This document shows, in pieces, positions 17,219-26,108 of a stretch of DNA of 43,809 nucleotides. The notes under the pieces are model-generated. The model ran no database searches. It was not told the DNA's origin and saw only the letters and a list, made by a program, of their open reading frames with translations. Made by a program: the position numbers and the translations under genes. The first letter of the stretch is position 1. Every line of letters begins with the position of its first letter. Source of the stretch: Candidatus Iainarchaeum sp. Its GTDB lineage: Archaea; Iainarchaeota; Iainarchaeia; JAGGVJ01. Location of the stretch: the NCBI GenBank assembly GCA_021158055.1, contig JAGGVJ010000038.1, positions 1-43,809 on the forward strand. The letters run 5' to 3'.

Positions 17219-20115
17219 ATTATTTTTTCAGTTGATATTTCGGCTGAAGTGATTTTTATCCTGTCTCCGGGCGATGCGCTTCCAATGTCTGCGATGCACA
17301 TTTCCCCGGGCGCGAGTCTGCTTAGTGTCTGGCTTGAGACGTCAAACCGCTGGTTTTCAATCACGTATACAATTGTCCATCTGTCAAGCATTGCTGTGCT
17401 GAACTGGTCAGTCGACTGCATGTTTGCCCTTAGTTTTATGACTGAGGCGTTTTGGTCAAGCAGCCCTCCGTTTGAAAGGTTTGTCTGAATCGGGTTTCCG
17501 GATTCGTTTAAGAGGTCCACGGTCAGCGTTGTGTTGTTTGAGTCCTGGGTTGCTGGCAGCCAGGAAACAGAGGTCCATGAGACAAGGTTATTTGGGGCAA
17601 TTGAAAAGGAGATGATTGTTCCGTTTGAGTCATATTTTTTCGTGTATTTGTATATGAGGTAGTCGTTTTCACATGAAATGTATACTGACGGGTGGTCGAC
17701 TGCAAGTGACCTTGTTTTGTTCCCAAGGCACACGTTCAGAACGTCAAACAGGTTGTAATCGTTTTTTGTGTAGATTTTTACTTGTCCTCCGCTGTTTCCC
17801 GCGTAGATGAAGTCGTCATCAACAGCCACGGGGTTGATGGTGGATGGCACCAGAGCAGTTTTGTTGAGGTCTACTGTGACCATGTCTGTGCCGGTGTTGT
17901 TGTCGCTGTTTGTGACGCTTACTACGATCGTGTTTAGGCCGGGATCCAAAAAGATTTGTTTTTGAAATACCCCGTAGGTGATCGGAAGGTAATAGTCGTC
18001 TCCGTTCAGTGTTAGTGTTCCGTTGGGTGTTGTGGTGTCGTCGACTAATCCGGTGACGGTTATTGTGTCGTCACCAACAACTGTTCCGTTTTTTGGGGAG
18101 ATGATGTTTACGAGTACACTGTTGGTGGTCAGGAATACGCTTATTTCTTTTGAGGAGGTTTTTCCCTGCGGGCTTGTTGCAGTGATTTTTATTGTGTTTC
18201 CACCTTCTTCGAGCGTGATGTTTTCAACGAAGACGCCGTTGGTTACAGGTATTGTGGTGTCTGTTCCGTTTAGAGTGAGGGTCACGTCAGTGATTCCGGT
18301 GTTGTTTACTGCACCTGCAAGGGTTTGCTGCGAGTTTGAGTAGGTTTCGCCATGAATCGGGGAGTTTATAGTTATTATGGGGATGCTTGCGTCGTACAGG
18401 ACGTTTATGAGTGCGCTTGAACCGGTGTTTGTTGCTTTGTCTGTTGCGCTTACGAAGATTAAATTGTTTCCTTCTTCAAGCACCGCGGAACCGCCGAAAG
18501 TCATGCTGCTTACTGAAATTTGTTTGGGGTTTCCGTTCAGTGTCAGTGTTGCCTGGCTCATTTCCTGATCTTCGTCTGAGATTGTCCCGGTCACTATCAG
18601 GGTCTGTTCTCCTGTGCTGTACCCGTCTGCGGGAAAGTTGATTGTTATGTCAGGGGGAGCCATGTCAACATAGACATTTATTATCGGGCTTGTTCCGGTT
18701 TTTCCGCTGAGGTTTGTGCCGACTGCTTTTATTTCGTTGTTTCCGAGAGAAAGCGTGAGGTCTTTTGTGAATACTCCTGAAGTTACATTGGCTGTTCCGG
18801 CGCTGATTTCGTTTATAAACAGGTCCACTGAGCTGACGTCTGTGTCATTGACTGTTCCGTTTATCGTCTGGCTGTTGTTGTTTGTCCAGGTGTTGTTTGG
18901 AGGAGAGGTGATGGTCAATTCAGGCAGTTCAGGGTCAAGTGTCACTGTGATTTCATCGAACCCGGTGTTGTTTGCCTTGTCTGTCAAGGACACTCTTATG
19001 GTGTTTGAACCGCTTTCAAGTGCAATGGGCTCGCTGAAGTTTCCGTTTGTTATAGGGATTGTGCTTTCTGAGCCGTTGATCAGCACTGTCGCCTCTGTGA
19101 TTGTCAGGTCGTCTGATGTTCCGGCAAGCGTCTGGTTTGGGTCCGGAACAATTGTCCCGTCAAGTGGGCTTGTTATGTTTACCGCGGGGTTTGTTATGTC
19201 AAGCACTATGGCGATTGTCTGGCTTGTCCCGGTGTTTCCAAAAGTGTCTGTTGCTGTGACTGAGATTGTGTTTGTGCCGACAAGAAGGGTTACCGGTTGG
19301 TTGAAGGCGAGGTTTGTCACGCTTATTTGAGTGGGAACCCCGTTTAACCTGAGGACTGCCTGCGATATTGTTGTGTCGGAATCGTCAATTGTCCCTGTTA
19401 CGTTTCTTGCGAAGTTGTTTGTGTAGGTTCCGTTTGTCGGATTTGTTATGGTGATTATCGGGGCGTCTGTGTCAGTGTAGTCTCCGGTCAGGGTCAGGTC
19501 GTCTATTGCAAAGCCGTTGTAGACTTTTTTGTTATCTGAACCCATATGGAATCTTATTTTTGTATTGCTTTGCCCGTTCAGTGCTGAGAGAAGGAATGTT
19601 TTTTGTTCCCATGCCGTGCTGTCGTCACACCATCCCTGGACATATCCAAGTGGGTTTGTGTCGCTTGTTATTGTTTCTGTGTAGCCTCCTTCAGGGAATA
19701 CTTGTGTCCATGTGCTTCCTCCGTTTACTGATATCTCAACTATCGCTCCGTCGTTGCAGTCTTTGAACTGGCGGTATTGCCAGTATGTCAAGACAATGTT
19801 GTTGTAGTTTTTCAGGTCAAGCGGGGGGGTTTCTGCCCAGGAGTTTTCATAGAAGTTGTATTCTCCGGTCGGGTTTGTCTGCATTACAAATGAGTCTGTG
19901 TGTGCGGCACCCGGTTCTATTGTGGGGGTCCCTCTTGCCCATGAGTTGTTTGGTCCCCCGACAGTCCACCCGCTTTCGAATTCAAAACCCTCCTGAAAGA
20001 TCACTGCTCCGGATCCGGTTTGGAGTTGAAGGATCGCGATAGTCAGGATTAGGGTCGCTAATGAAATGAGTTTGGTTTTTGCCTTGATTTTTTCTCTTTT
20101 GTTTGCGTGTTTCAT
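17215..20115 (-). CDS. Large secreted adhesin-like protein: jelly-roll (InhA/MAM-like) domain, six Ig-like repeats, two propeller blades, pilin-like C-terminus
   Basis: Sec-type signal, IFQEGFE...TPPLDL...VEISVNGGSTW...IDDL, six ~90-aa D..P.itItsP.nG...GxNtI.v.atD repeats, and C-terminal LAPGEMC...PGDRIKITS. Confidence 0.85.
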   Translation of the reverse strand: MKHANKREKIKAKTKLISLATLILTIAILQLQTGSGAVIFQEGFEFESGWTVGGPNNSWARGTPTIEPGAAHTDSFVMQTNPTGEYNFYENSWAETPPLDLKNYNNIVLTYWQYRQFKDCNDGAIVEISVNGGSTWTQVFPEGGYTETITSDTNPLGYVQGWCDDSTAWEQKTFLLSALNGQSNTKIRFHMGSDNKKVYNGFAIDDLTLTGDYTDTDAPIITITNPTNGTYTNNFARNVTGTIDDSDTTISQAVLRLNGVPTQISVTNLAFNQPVTLLVGTNTISVTATDTFGNTGTSQTIAIVLDITNPAVNITSPLDGTIVPDPNQTLAGTSDDLTITEATVLINGSESTIPITNGNFSEPIALESGSNTIRVSLTDKANNTGFDEITVTLDPELPELTITSPPNNTWTNNNSQTINGTVNDTDVSSVDLFINEISAGTANVTSGVFTKDLTLSLGNNEIKAVGTNLSGKTGTSPIINVYVDMAPPDITINFPADGYSTGEQTLIVTGTISDEDQEMSQATLTLNGNPKQISVSSMTFGGSAVLEEGNNLIFVSATDKATNTGSSALINVLYDASIPIITINSPIHGETYSNSQQTLAGAVNNTGITDVTLTLNGTDTTIPVTNGVFVENITLEEGGNTIKITATSPQGKTSSKEISVFLTTNSVLVNIISPKNGTVVGDDTITVTGLVDDTTTPNGTLTLNGDDYYLPITYGVFQKQIFLDPGLNTIVVSVTNSDNNTGTDMVTVDLNKTALVPSTINPVAVDDDFIYAGNSGGQVKIYTKNDYNLFDVLNVCLGNKTRSLAVDHPSVYISCENDYLIYKYTKKYDSNGTIISFSIAPNNLVSWTSVSWLPATQDSNNTTLTVDLLNESGNPIQTNLSNGGLLDQNASVIKLRANMQSTDQFSTAMLDRWTIVYVIENQRFDVSSQTLSRLAPGEMCIADIGSASPGDRIKITSAEISTEKIM

Positions 20116-20167
20116 TTGATTCCCTTTGATTTTTTTGTCTGCCTGTATTTTTTATAAGATGTCAAGT

Positions 20168-21283
20168 TTATGAGTTATCCAGTGTGGCAAGCAGGTCCCA
20201 TGTGTCTTTTTCAAACACGTGTACCTTGTTGTCTTCGGTCGCCGCGTAGATTCTTGATACGTCGCTTTTTACTGAAGTCACTTGCGCTGTCCCGGTGATT
20301 ATTGAGGTTGTCTGTTCCCAGTTGCTTTTGCTTACCACTGCAATTGACCCGTCCTGGAGCCCTGCGTAAAGGTATTTTGTGTCAGCGTAAATGGAGTTTA
20401 TTCCTACTTCCCCTAGATCTATTTTCCTGACGCGGTTCCATTCCTTGTCTGTGAGCGTGATTATTGTGTATGCGTTGTCTCCCGCGTACACGAAGTTTAT
20501 GTCGGAAAAAACAGCATCAACAGTGTTTTCCGTTGGTTCGGTGGCGGTGAAGGTTGTTGTCAGGTTCAGGTCGATCTTGTCATACACGAGCACTTCATCG
20601 TCTTCTCCAACCACGTAAATGTAATTTTCATCCCCGTGGATTGATTTGAGCTGGTCTGTCGGCTCTGCCGCCGCATTCAGGATGTAAACTGCCCCTGCAG
20701 AAGGGTTTGATCTGTCGTAGATGTTGATTATTGATCCGTTTGCCGCACTGTATTCTACGGCGTATATTTTTTCATTGTCTGTGTAAACGGAGTTGATTTG
20801 GGCATTTATATTGTATGCGTCTGACAGTGGGTTTTCGGACTGGAAGTCTGGAGGATATGTCAGGTTCAGTGTAGCTTTTCCCCCGCCTATTGTTGTGTTT
20901 GTAAGTATTTCTTCTTTGGTCTGGTCATTGAAGTGGTCTTCCCAGGTAAGCGAAGCCAACTCGGTGTTTCCTTCAACAGAGTAGCACGGCACAAGATTAT
21001 TGTTTACATAGACAGCTATTTTTGTGATGTCCTGCAGGCCTTCGTTGAATACGATTGCTTTGTTGCCCTGCAGCCCAAGGGTGATGTTTATTCCGCTTTT
21101 TTCAATTTGGGTGTCCAGCCTGGTTTTCACTGAACCTGTAATCCTGTTTACTTCGTCCTGGCTCCACACCCACAACAGGATAAAGGTGGAGACGGATATC
21201 CCTACGAGAAGCACGCTTGCTATTGTGGAGCTCAATGCTTTTTTGTCTTTGAACCGGTTGAGTTTGAGTCTGCTAATAGTCAT
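20168..21283 (-). CDS. Type IV pilin-anchored protein with five beta-propeller blades
   Basis: KDKKA|LSSTIASVLLV class III signal, IVFNEGLQDI, and five INSvxxD..YIYag repeats. Probable ATG at 21283. Confidence 0.8.
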   Translation of the reverse strand: MTISRLKLNRFKDKKALSSTIASVLLVGISVSTFILLWVWSQDEVNRITGSVKTRLDTQIEKSGINITLGLQGNKAIVFNEGLQDITKIAVYVNNNLVPCYSVEGNTELASLTWEDHFNDQTKEEILTNTTIGGGKATLNLTYPPDFQSENPLSDAYNINAQINSVYTDNEKIYAVEYSAANGSIINIYDRSNPSAGAVYILNAAAEPTDQLKSIHGDENYIYVVGEDDEVLVYDKIDLNLTTTFTATEPTENTVDAVFSDINFVYAGDNAYTIITLTDKEWNRVRKIDLGEVGINSIYADTKYLYAGLQDGSIAVVSKSNWEQTTSIITGTAQVTSVKSDVSRIYAATEDNKVHVFEKDTWDLLATLDNS

Positions 21284-21776
21284 ATTTTGCAGACCTCTCA
21301 AGGGTGCTGATGAATATTGTTTTCCCGTCAAGGGTTTCATTGTCTGTGGCTCCGTTGCAGTCTATGTTGAAGTAGCATGCGGTGCCTGATTCTATTGAGT
21401 TGCAGGCACTGCCGTCAAGTTCCATGATTGCGGTCGGCACTCCGGACCCGGGAGAGTATTGGGTGCCGTCAAAAAACGCCTTGGGTTCTGTTCCGGTTGC
21501 GGTCCCTGCATTGTATACAAATACGGGCGCGCTGTTTGCACTGCAGTCTATTGGTGGTGGTTTTATGTCAAGGTCTATTCGCAGTTTGCTTATCTGCGTG
21601 TTGAGGTTTAAGTCCATGTCTGACTGGAGTCCTGCAAGGGAAGCGTTTGCCCAGTAATAAGTGGTTACCATAAGTGATGCGGCAGCGCTTACCAGAAGAA
21701 CTGTTGATATTATTTGGTTTACTGCGCGCCTGTCGTTTTTTAGTCCTTTTTTGCGCGTTTGTTTTTGAAAAAGCAT
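21273..21776 (-). CDS. Archaeal type IV pilin
   Basis: NDRRA|VNQIISTVLLV class III signal, VYNAGT, and SD GAGGTGA upstream. Confidence 0.8.
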   Translation of the reverse strand: MLFQKQTRKKGLKNDRRAVNQIISTVLLVSAAASLMVTTYYWANASLAGLQSDMDLNLNTQISKLRIDLDIKPPPIDCSANSAPVFVYNAGTATGTEPKAFFDGTQYSPGSGVPTAIMELDGSACNSIESGTACYFNIDCNGATDNETLDGKTIFISTLERSAKYDY

Positions 21777-21954
21777 GGTTTCACCTCATAAGGTAAGATT
21801 CAAGAAGTTCTTTTTGTTATTAATTACTTTCTTTTTTGCGAAACGATAGTGTAATTTTTTGGCTTTTATCACGCCAGGCGTTTTTCAGGATTTTTTGCAT
21901 TGGCTGGGCAATTTCCGAAGTGTTAAATACTTTTTAAGCCGTATTTATCAGTGT

Positions 21955-22899
21955 ATGGGGAATTCAGGTATTTTTTTCAAAGCGGTTGCACTGGTCGCAT
22001 TTTTTTTGTTGGTCATGTTTTTGTTGAATGTGCAGTTTTCTTTTCCTTCTCAGGAGGAAGACGGGATCTCAAAGGCTGAGGCGCTTGAAAGGGCAAGGGG
22101 TGTCTTGAGGGATTCTAATTTTTCAGGTGAGATAAAGGATTATATTGTGACTCCTGTCAAGGGCGGCTTTGACGCGCGGTTTTTTTTCTTCCCAAGAGAT
22201 TGGGTTGTGTTGCCGGGTTTTGTTGTGACCGGAAAGCAGGTGATTGTTTCTTCGCAGGGAACGGTTCTTGAGGTAAGGGATTTTGTTTCGGAAAACGATG
22301 TTGTCTTGGTTTCCAGTGTAAAAGGTGTTTTGGAGCATTCGGAGAGCAATTTGGAGCACTCGACCGGCAATGGCAATTTTCAGGAGAGTATTTTTTCAGA
22401 CAGGCGGGTTTCTTTTATCGGAAAGTTTGTTTCAGAAGACCTGTTTACTGATTTGACGTCTGAGATCAAGGTGATTGATTCAAAAGACTGTGTTTCAAAG
22501 GATGTCGGTTTTGAGCTGGGCAGGGTGTATCAGGTTTTTGGACGGGTTTCAGAAAATGTGTTTTTGCTTGAAAAGATTTCTCCATCTGTTTTTTCCATGC
22601 CTTCAGCCGTTGAGACTGAAAGGAGTTTTGATTTCAACACCACTGTTTTTGAAACCGGAAAAGTTTTTTCTTCCTTGCACCCGGGCAGGAAACCGGTGTG
22701 TGTCTTGGCTTACAGGAATGTGGGGGTGTGCCCGGCGGAAGTCCCGGACTGTGTTTTCACAGAAGAGCATCTTTATGAGTGGGTTGGCGTTGCAGAGTAT
22801 GTTGATTTGGATTCAGATTCATCCCGCCTGAGTGCAGTGGTGTTTTCCATTAACGGGACCCCGAGACAGACAGCTGATGTTAGCGGAAGTATCTGTTAG
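21955..22899 (+). CDS. Hypothetical membrane-anchored protein
   Basis: Probable ATG at 21955 (MGNSG), a single N-terminal TM helix, and a PepSY-like ISKAEALERA stretch. Confidence 0.65.
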   Translation: MGNSGIFFKAVALVAFFLLVMFLLNVQFSFPSQEEDGISKAEALERARGVLRDSNFSGEIKDYIVTPVKGGFDARFFFFPRDWVVLPGFVVTGKQVIVSSQGTVLEVRDFVSENDVVLVSSVKGVLEHSESNLEHSTGNGNFQESIFSDRRVSFIGKFVSEDLFTDLTSEIKVIDSKDCVSKDVGFELGRVYQVFGRVSENVFLLEKISPSVFSMPSAVETERSFDFNTTVFETGKVFSSLHPGRKPVCVLAYRNVGVCPAEVPDCVFTEEHLYEWVGVAEYVDLDSDSSRLSAVVFSINGTPRQTADVSGSIC

Positions 22900-22988
22900 T
22901 ACTTGTTTTGTTGCAGCACCTCATCATTTTTGCAAAAAGCGGGAATGCAAGACAACGCTTTAATAAGAGATTGTTCTTTTTTTCTCTT

Positions 22989-23786
22989 ATGGCTGGTGTC
23001 AGGCAGGAAAAGTATCACGATGATTTTGTAAAATCCGGGATAGAGGGTTTTGATGACCTTTTTACCAGGAAAGGAATCCCTGTCGGGCTCCCAAGGGGTT
23101 CTGTTGTTCTTTTATCCGGTTCTTGCGGTGCTGGAAAAAGCATTTTTTCTGCGCAGTTTCTTTACAAGGGGATTATTAATTGCAGGGAGCCCGGGCTTTA
23201 TGTGTCAGTTGACGAGACCACTGACAACCTCTGGAAAGTCATCTATATGTTTAATTGGGCTAAAGAGCACCCTGATGCTCTTCGCAGGAAAGGGTTGCTT
23301 CACAATATGCAGATGATCGGATCCCGCACCCATTCAAGAAAAGACACTCAGGTCAATTATGAAACTTATCTTCGGAAGCTTGAGTTTGCAGAGTTTTTGA
23401 AGAAGCTGAAACAAATTGTTGCCACATATAAAATAAAACGCCTTGTGATTGATTCTTCTTCACAGCTTTCCATGCATTTTAAGACAGAGCTTGAGAGGAG
23501 GTCCGGCCTGATAAGGCTGATCAACCTGCTTAAAAGACTTGACTGCACGTCAATTTTTACTTCCGAAATTTTTGAGAGGGGGCCGATTACTTATTCCCGC
23601 CTTGGCATGGAAGAGTTTTTGGCTGACGGGGTTATTGTTTTGCGCCACACTGAAGCGAGAACAGGGCTTCGAAGGCACATCCTTGTCAAGAAAATGAGGG
23701 GCTTGCGTCACGATGAGGATTTTCACCCGTTTGTGATTGATGAAGAGGAAGGGGTCAGGATTTTCCCGCAGGAAAAGGTTTTCTGA
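22989..23786 (+). CDS. KaiC/RAD55-like RecA-superfamily ATPase
   Basis: SGIEGFDDL, Walker A GSCGAGKS, RLVIDS, EEFLADGVI and KMRG. Confidence 0.92.
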   Translation: MAGVRQEKYHDDFVKSGIEGFDDLFTRKGIPVGLPRGSVVLLSGSCGAGKSIFSAQFLYKGIINCREPGLYVSVDETTDNLWKVIYMFNWAKEHPDALRRKGLLHNMQMIGSRTHSRKDTQVNYETYLRKLEFAEFLKKLKQIVATYKIKRLVIDSSSQLSMHFKTELERRSGLIRLINLLKRLDCTSIFTSEIFERGPITYSRLGMEEFLADGVIVLRHTEARTGLRRHILVKKMRGLRHDEDFHPFVIDEEEGVRIFPQEKVF

Positions 23787-23787
23787 T

Positions 23788-24546
23788 TTAGGAAGGGATT
23801 TCTTTTTTTGGAGTTATTTCCTCAAAGTTTTTTTCAATGTATTTGAGTTTGAGGGCCAGGCCCGAGTCTATTAAGTCGAAGGGCAGCCATTCGTCTTCAA
23901 GCCTTACGGCGTGTCTTCTTACCCTGATGTAGTTTTTGGTTTCTTCTCTCCGGAATTCCAGTGTAAAGTCTGTCAGGTGTTCGGCTGTGATTTCTATGTT
24001 TTTGTCAAACATGTTTTTGCTGAGCAGCGCAAATAAAACCATGCTGTGTTTTTTTATCATGGCGCGCAGAGCGTGAATGAACCGGAATACTGCGTCTGGC
24101 GGGTTGTAGAGCAAAAGGGTTGAAAGCGAGTCAATTACTAGAAAGCAGGTGTTTTTTGTTGCCGCGAACTTTTCGCATTCTTCTTTTATTTTCACGCTAA
24201 GCATGTTCAGGTTTGATAGGTCTTCAGTGTTGTGTTTTTGTTCGAATGTCCATGAGTAGGCGTCTATTATTGAAGTTTTTTTTGGGTCCAGTTTCCACCC
24301 GAATCTTTTGATGGTTTTTTTTGTGGTTTCCAAAGAGTTGTCTGTTGTAATTATGATTGTGTTTGTTTTTTCGTTTTTGCCGTTGAAAAGAATTTGTTCC
24401 ACAAATATTTCTTTTTCTTTTCTTGGCGGCCCCAAGACAAGTATGGTTGACCCGGCAGTTATTCCTCCGTTTAGCAGCTCGTCAAATTCTTTTATCCCGG
24501 TTTTGATTTGCTTCCCGGAAGTTTCTTTGTTTGTTGCAGCGTTCAT
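23788..24546 (-). CDS. KaiC/RAD55-like protein with degenerate Walker A
   Basis: TGIKEFDELLNGGI, P-loop GPPRKEKE, IIDAYS and VIDSLSTLL. Confidence 0.85.
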   Translation of the reverse strand: MNAATNKETSGKQIKTGIKEFDELLNGGITAGSTILVLGPPRKEKEIFVEQILFNGKNEKTNTIIITTDNSLETTKKTIKRFGWKLDPKKTSIIDAYSWTFEQKHNTEDLSNLNMLSVKIKEECEKFAATKNTCFLVIDSLSTLLLYNPPDAVFRFIHALRAMIKKHSMVLFALLSKNMFDKNIEITAEHLTDFTLEFRREETKNYIRVRRHAVRLEDEWLPFDLIDSGLALKLKYIEKNFEEITPKKEIPS

Positions 24547-24789
24547 TAAATAGAATTAGCTGAAAGGGGTTTTTAATCGTTTTGAGGGGTTGACAGTTGC
24601 CGGAGTTATGTTGGCAATTTCAGGTGCTGAAAGATAAAAAGAGATTTGGCAGGTTTTGGAAATGTAATAACAATATAAATAAATAGATAGAGAGGTATAA
24701 AATATTAACTAAGAATGCTTATAATATGGATTTTAACAAGCAATGACCACTTAAAGTGTTGCGGTCTTGTTTTTGCAGGGGTGGGTTGA

Positions 24790-26076
24790 ATGAGTTTGTC
24801 AGGAAGGTTTTTTGGGTTGATTGCAATTGGTGTAATGTTGTTTGCGGTGTCGGGTGGGGTTTCAGCAGAGGCCTCAAGCGAGCCGAGTTCTGCGTTTATT
24901 GTGTTCCCGTTGAGCATGGAGGAAACAGCAGTATTTCCGGAAGTGATTGAGCCCGGGGAAAAAGGGGTGATTATAACTGCAAATATCCGGCACAATGACT
25001 TTAAGGACACTGTAGAAAACCTGAAGGGCATAATGCATTTTTCAAGCCCGTTGAAGTCGGTCGGTTTAAATACGGTGGAGGTTGGTGACCTCAAGCCCAA
25101 TGTCACAACCACGCTTGGTTTTGGCGCGGATGTGTCAGCGGTTGCAAAACGCGGCACTTACAAGCTTACTCTTGAACTGATTTACGATTACCTTGGCAAT
25201 GTCGGGATAAGCCAGAAGTTCCCGGTAACCGTTGTTGTTACGGGCTCGCCGGTACTTGATTTGACTGATATAAACATTTTCCCAAAGACCGCTAATCCCG
25301 GAGACTCTGTTAAGATAGAGGCGGTTGTCAGAAACACGGGAACGTATTCTTCAAAAAACACTTTTGTGTCGCTTGAACCCATAGAGCTCGCGTTTGGTTT
25401 AACTTCTGCTGCTGCAATGCCTGCGATGTCTTCGCAGGTGTTTATAATCCCGAGAAGCGAGCTTAAGGTGTTTGTGGGCAACTTGGGTGTCGGGGAGTCA
25501 AAGACTGTGTCGTTCATGCTTGATATTGACCCGTCAGCTGTTCCTTCAGTTTATCCCTTGAGTCTGAAGGTCGAGTCTGAAGGGATAAGTGAATTGGAGT
25601 TGATTGCGCTTGACGTGCAGGGCGAACCAGAGCTCACACTGGCAACCGCTGAAACAGATATTGACAAGATTGTTGCAGGGGGGGATTTTTCTCTTTCGAT
25701 ACAGCTTGACAACATCGGTTCGGACGGTGCGCTTGCAACAGAGGTTTCTGTGGAAAATGATGTCGGGTTCCTTGGACGGGCCACTGCGTATGTCGGAACA
25801 ATTGATGTGGATGACTCGGGTTCGGCAATATTTGATTTTTCAGTTCCAGTAGATATGGAAGCCGGCAAAAAGGTTTTGGAAGTAAAAGTGACTTACCTGG
25901 ATGAAAACAGGGAGCCGCATTCAATGATAAAACGGGTTGAGCTGTTTGTTTTTGAGGCTCCGCAGGCAGCGGACATGACTCCGATCCTGTTGGTCGTCGC
26001 GGCGCTTGTTGCGGGTTTTTTTGCTTTTAAGTTTCTGCAGAGAAGAAGAAAACTCAGGCAAATCGGGGTTAAGTGA
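24790..26076 (+). CDS. COG1361-type S-layer-domain/CARDB repeat protein
   Basis: Signal peptide, three Ig-like repeats (VGDLKP, VGNLGVGE, YVGTIDVDD) and a C-terminal TM helix with basic tail. Lies upstream of a MacB-type ABC system. Confidence 0.85.
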   Translation: MSLSGRFFGLIAIGVMLFAVSGGVSAEASSEPSSAFIVFPLSMEETAVFPEVIEPGEKGVIITANIRHNDFKDTVENLKGIMHFSSPLKSVGLNTVEVGDLKPNVTTTLGFGADVSAVAKRGTYKLTLELIYDYLGNVGISQKFPVTVVVTGSPVLDLTDINIFPKTANPGDSVKIEAVVRNTGTYSSKNTFVSLEPIELAFGLTSAAAMPAMSSQVFIIPRSELKVFVGNLGVGESKTVSFMLDIDPSAVPSVYPLSLKVESEGISELELIALDVQGEPELTLATAETDIDKIVAGGDFSLSIQLDNIGSDGALATEVSVENDVGFLGRATAYVGTIDVDDSGSAIFDFSVPVDMEAGKKVLEVKVTYLDENREPHSMIKRVELFVFEAPQAADMTPILLVVAALVAGFFAFKFLQRRRKLRQIGVK

Positions 26077-26108
26077 TGGCCTGCTTTGCAGGTTGAGGGG
26101 GTTCTTCT

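Noticed and set aside
18023-19330. Several long plus-strand ORFs opposite the adhesin (likewise opposite purF-purD and the ABC genes)
   Set aside because: They are antisense shadows of strongly biased coding sequence with no independent motifs.
21273-23786. Archaellum operon (archaellins plus ArlH)
   Set aside because: No ArlI/ArlJ/ArlF/ArlG are present, the pilin N-termini lack the archaellin GIGTLIVFIAMVLVAA pattern, and the KaiC-like gene is on the opposite strand.
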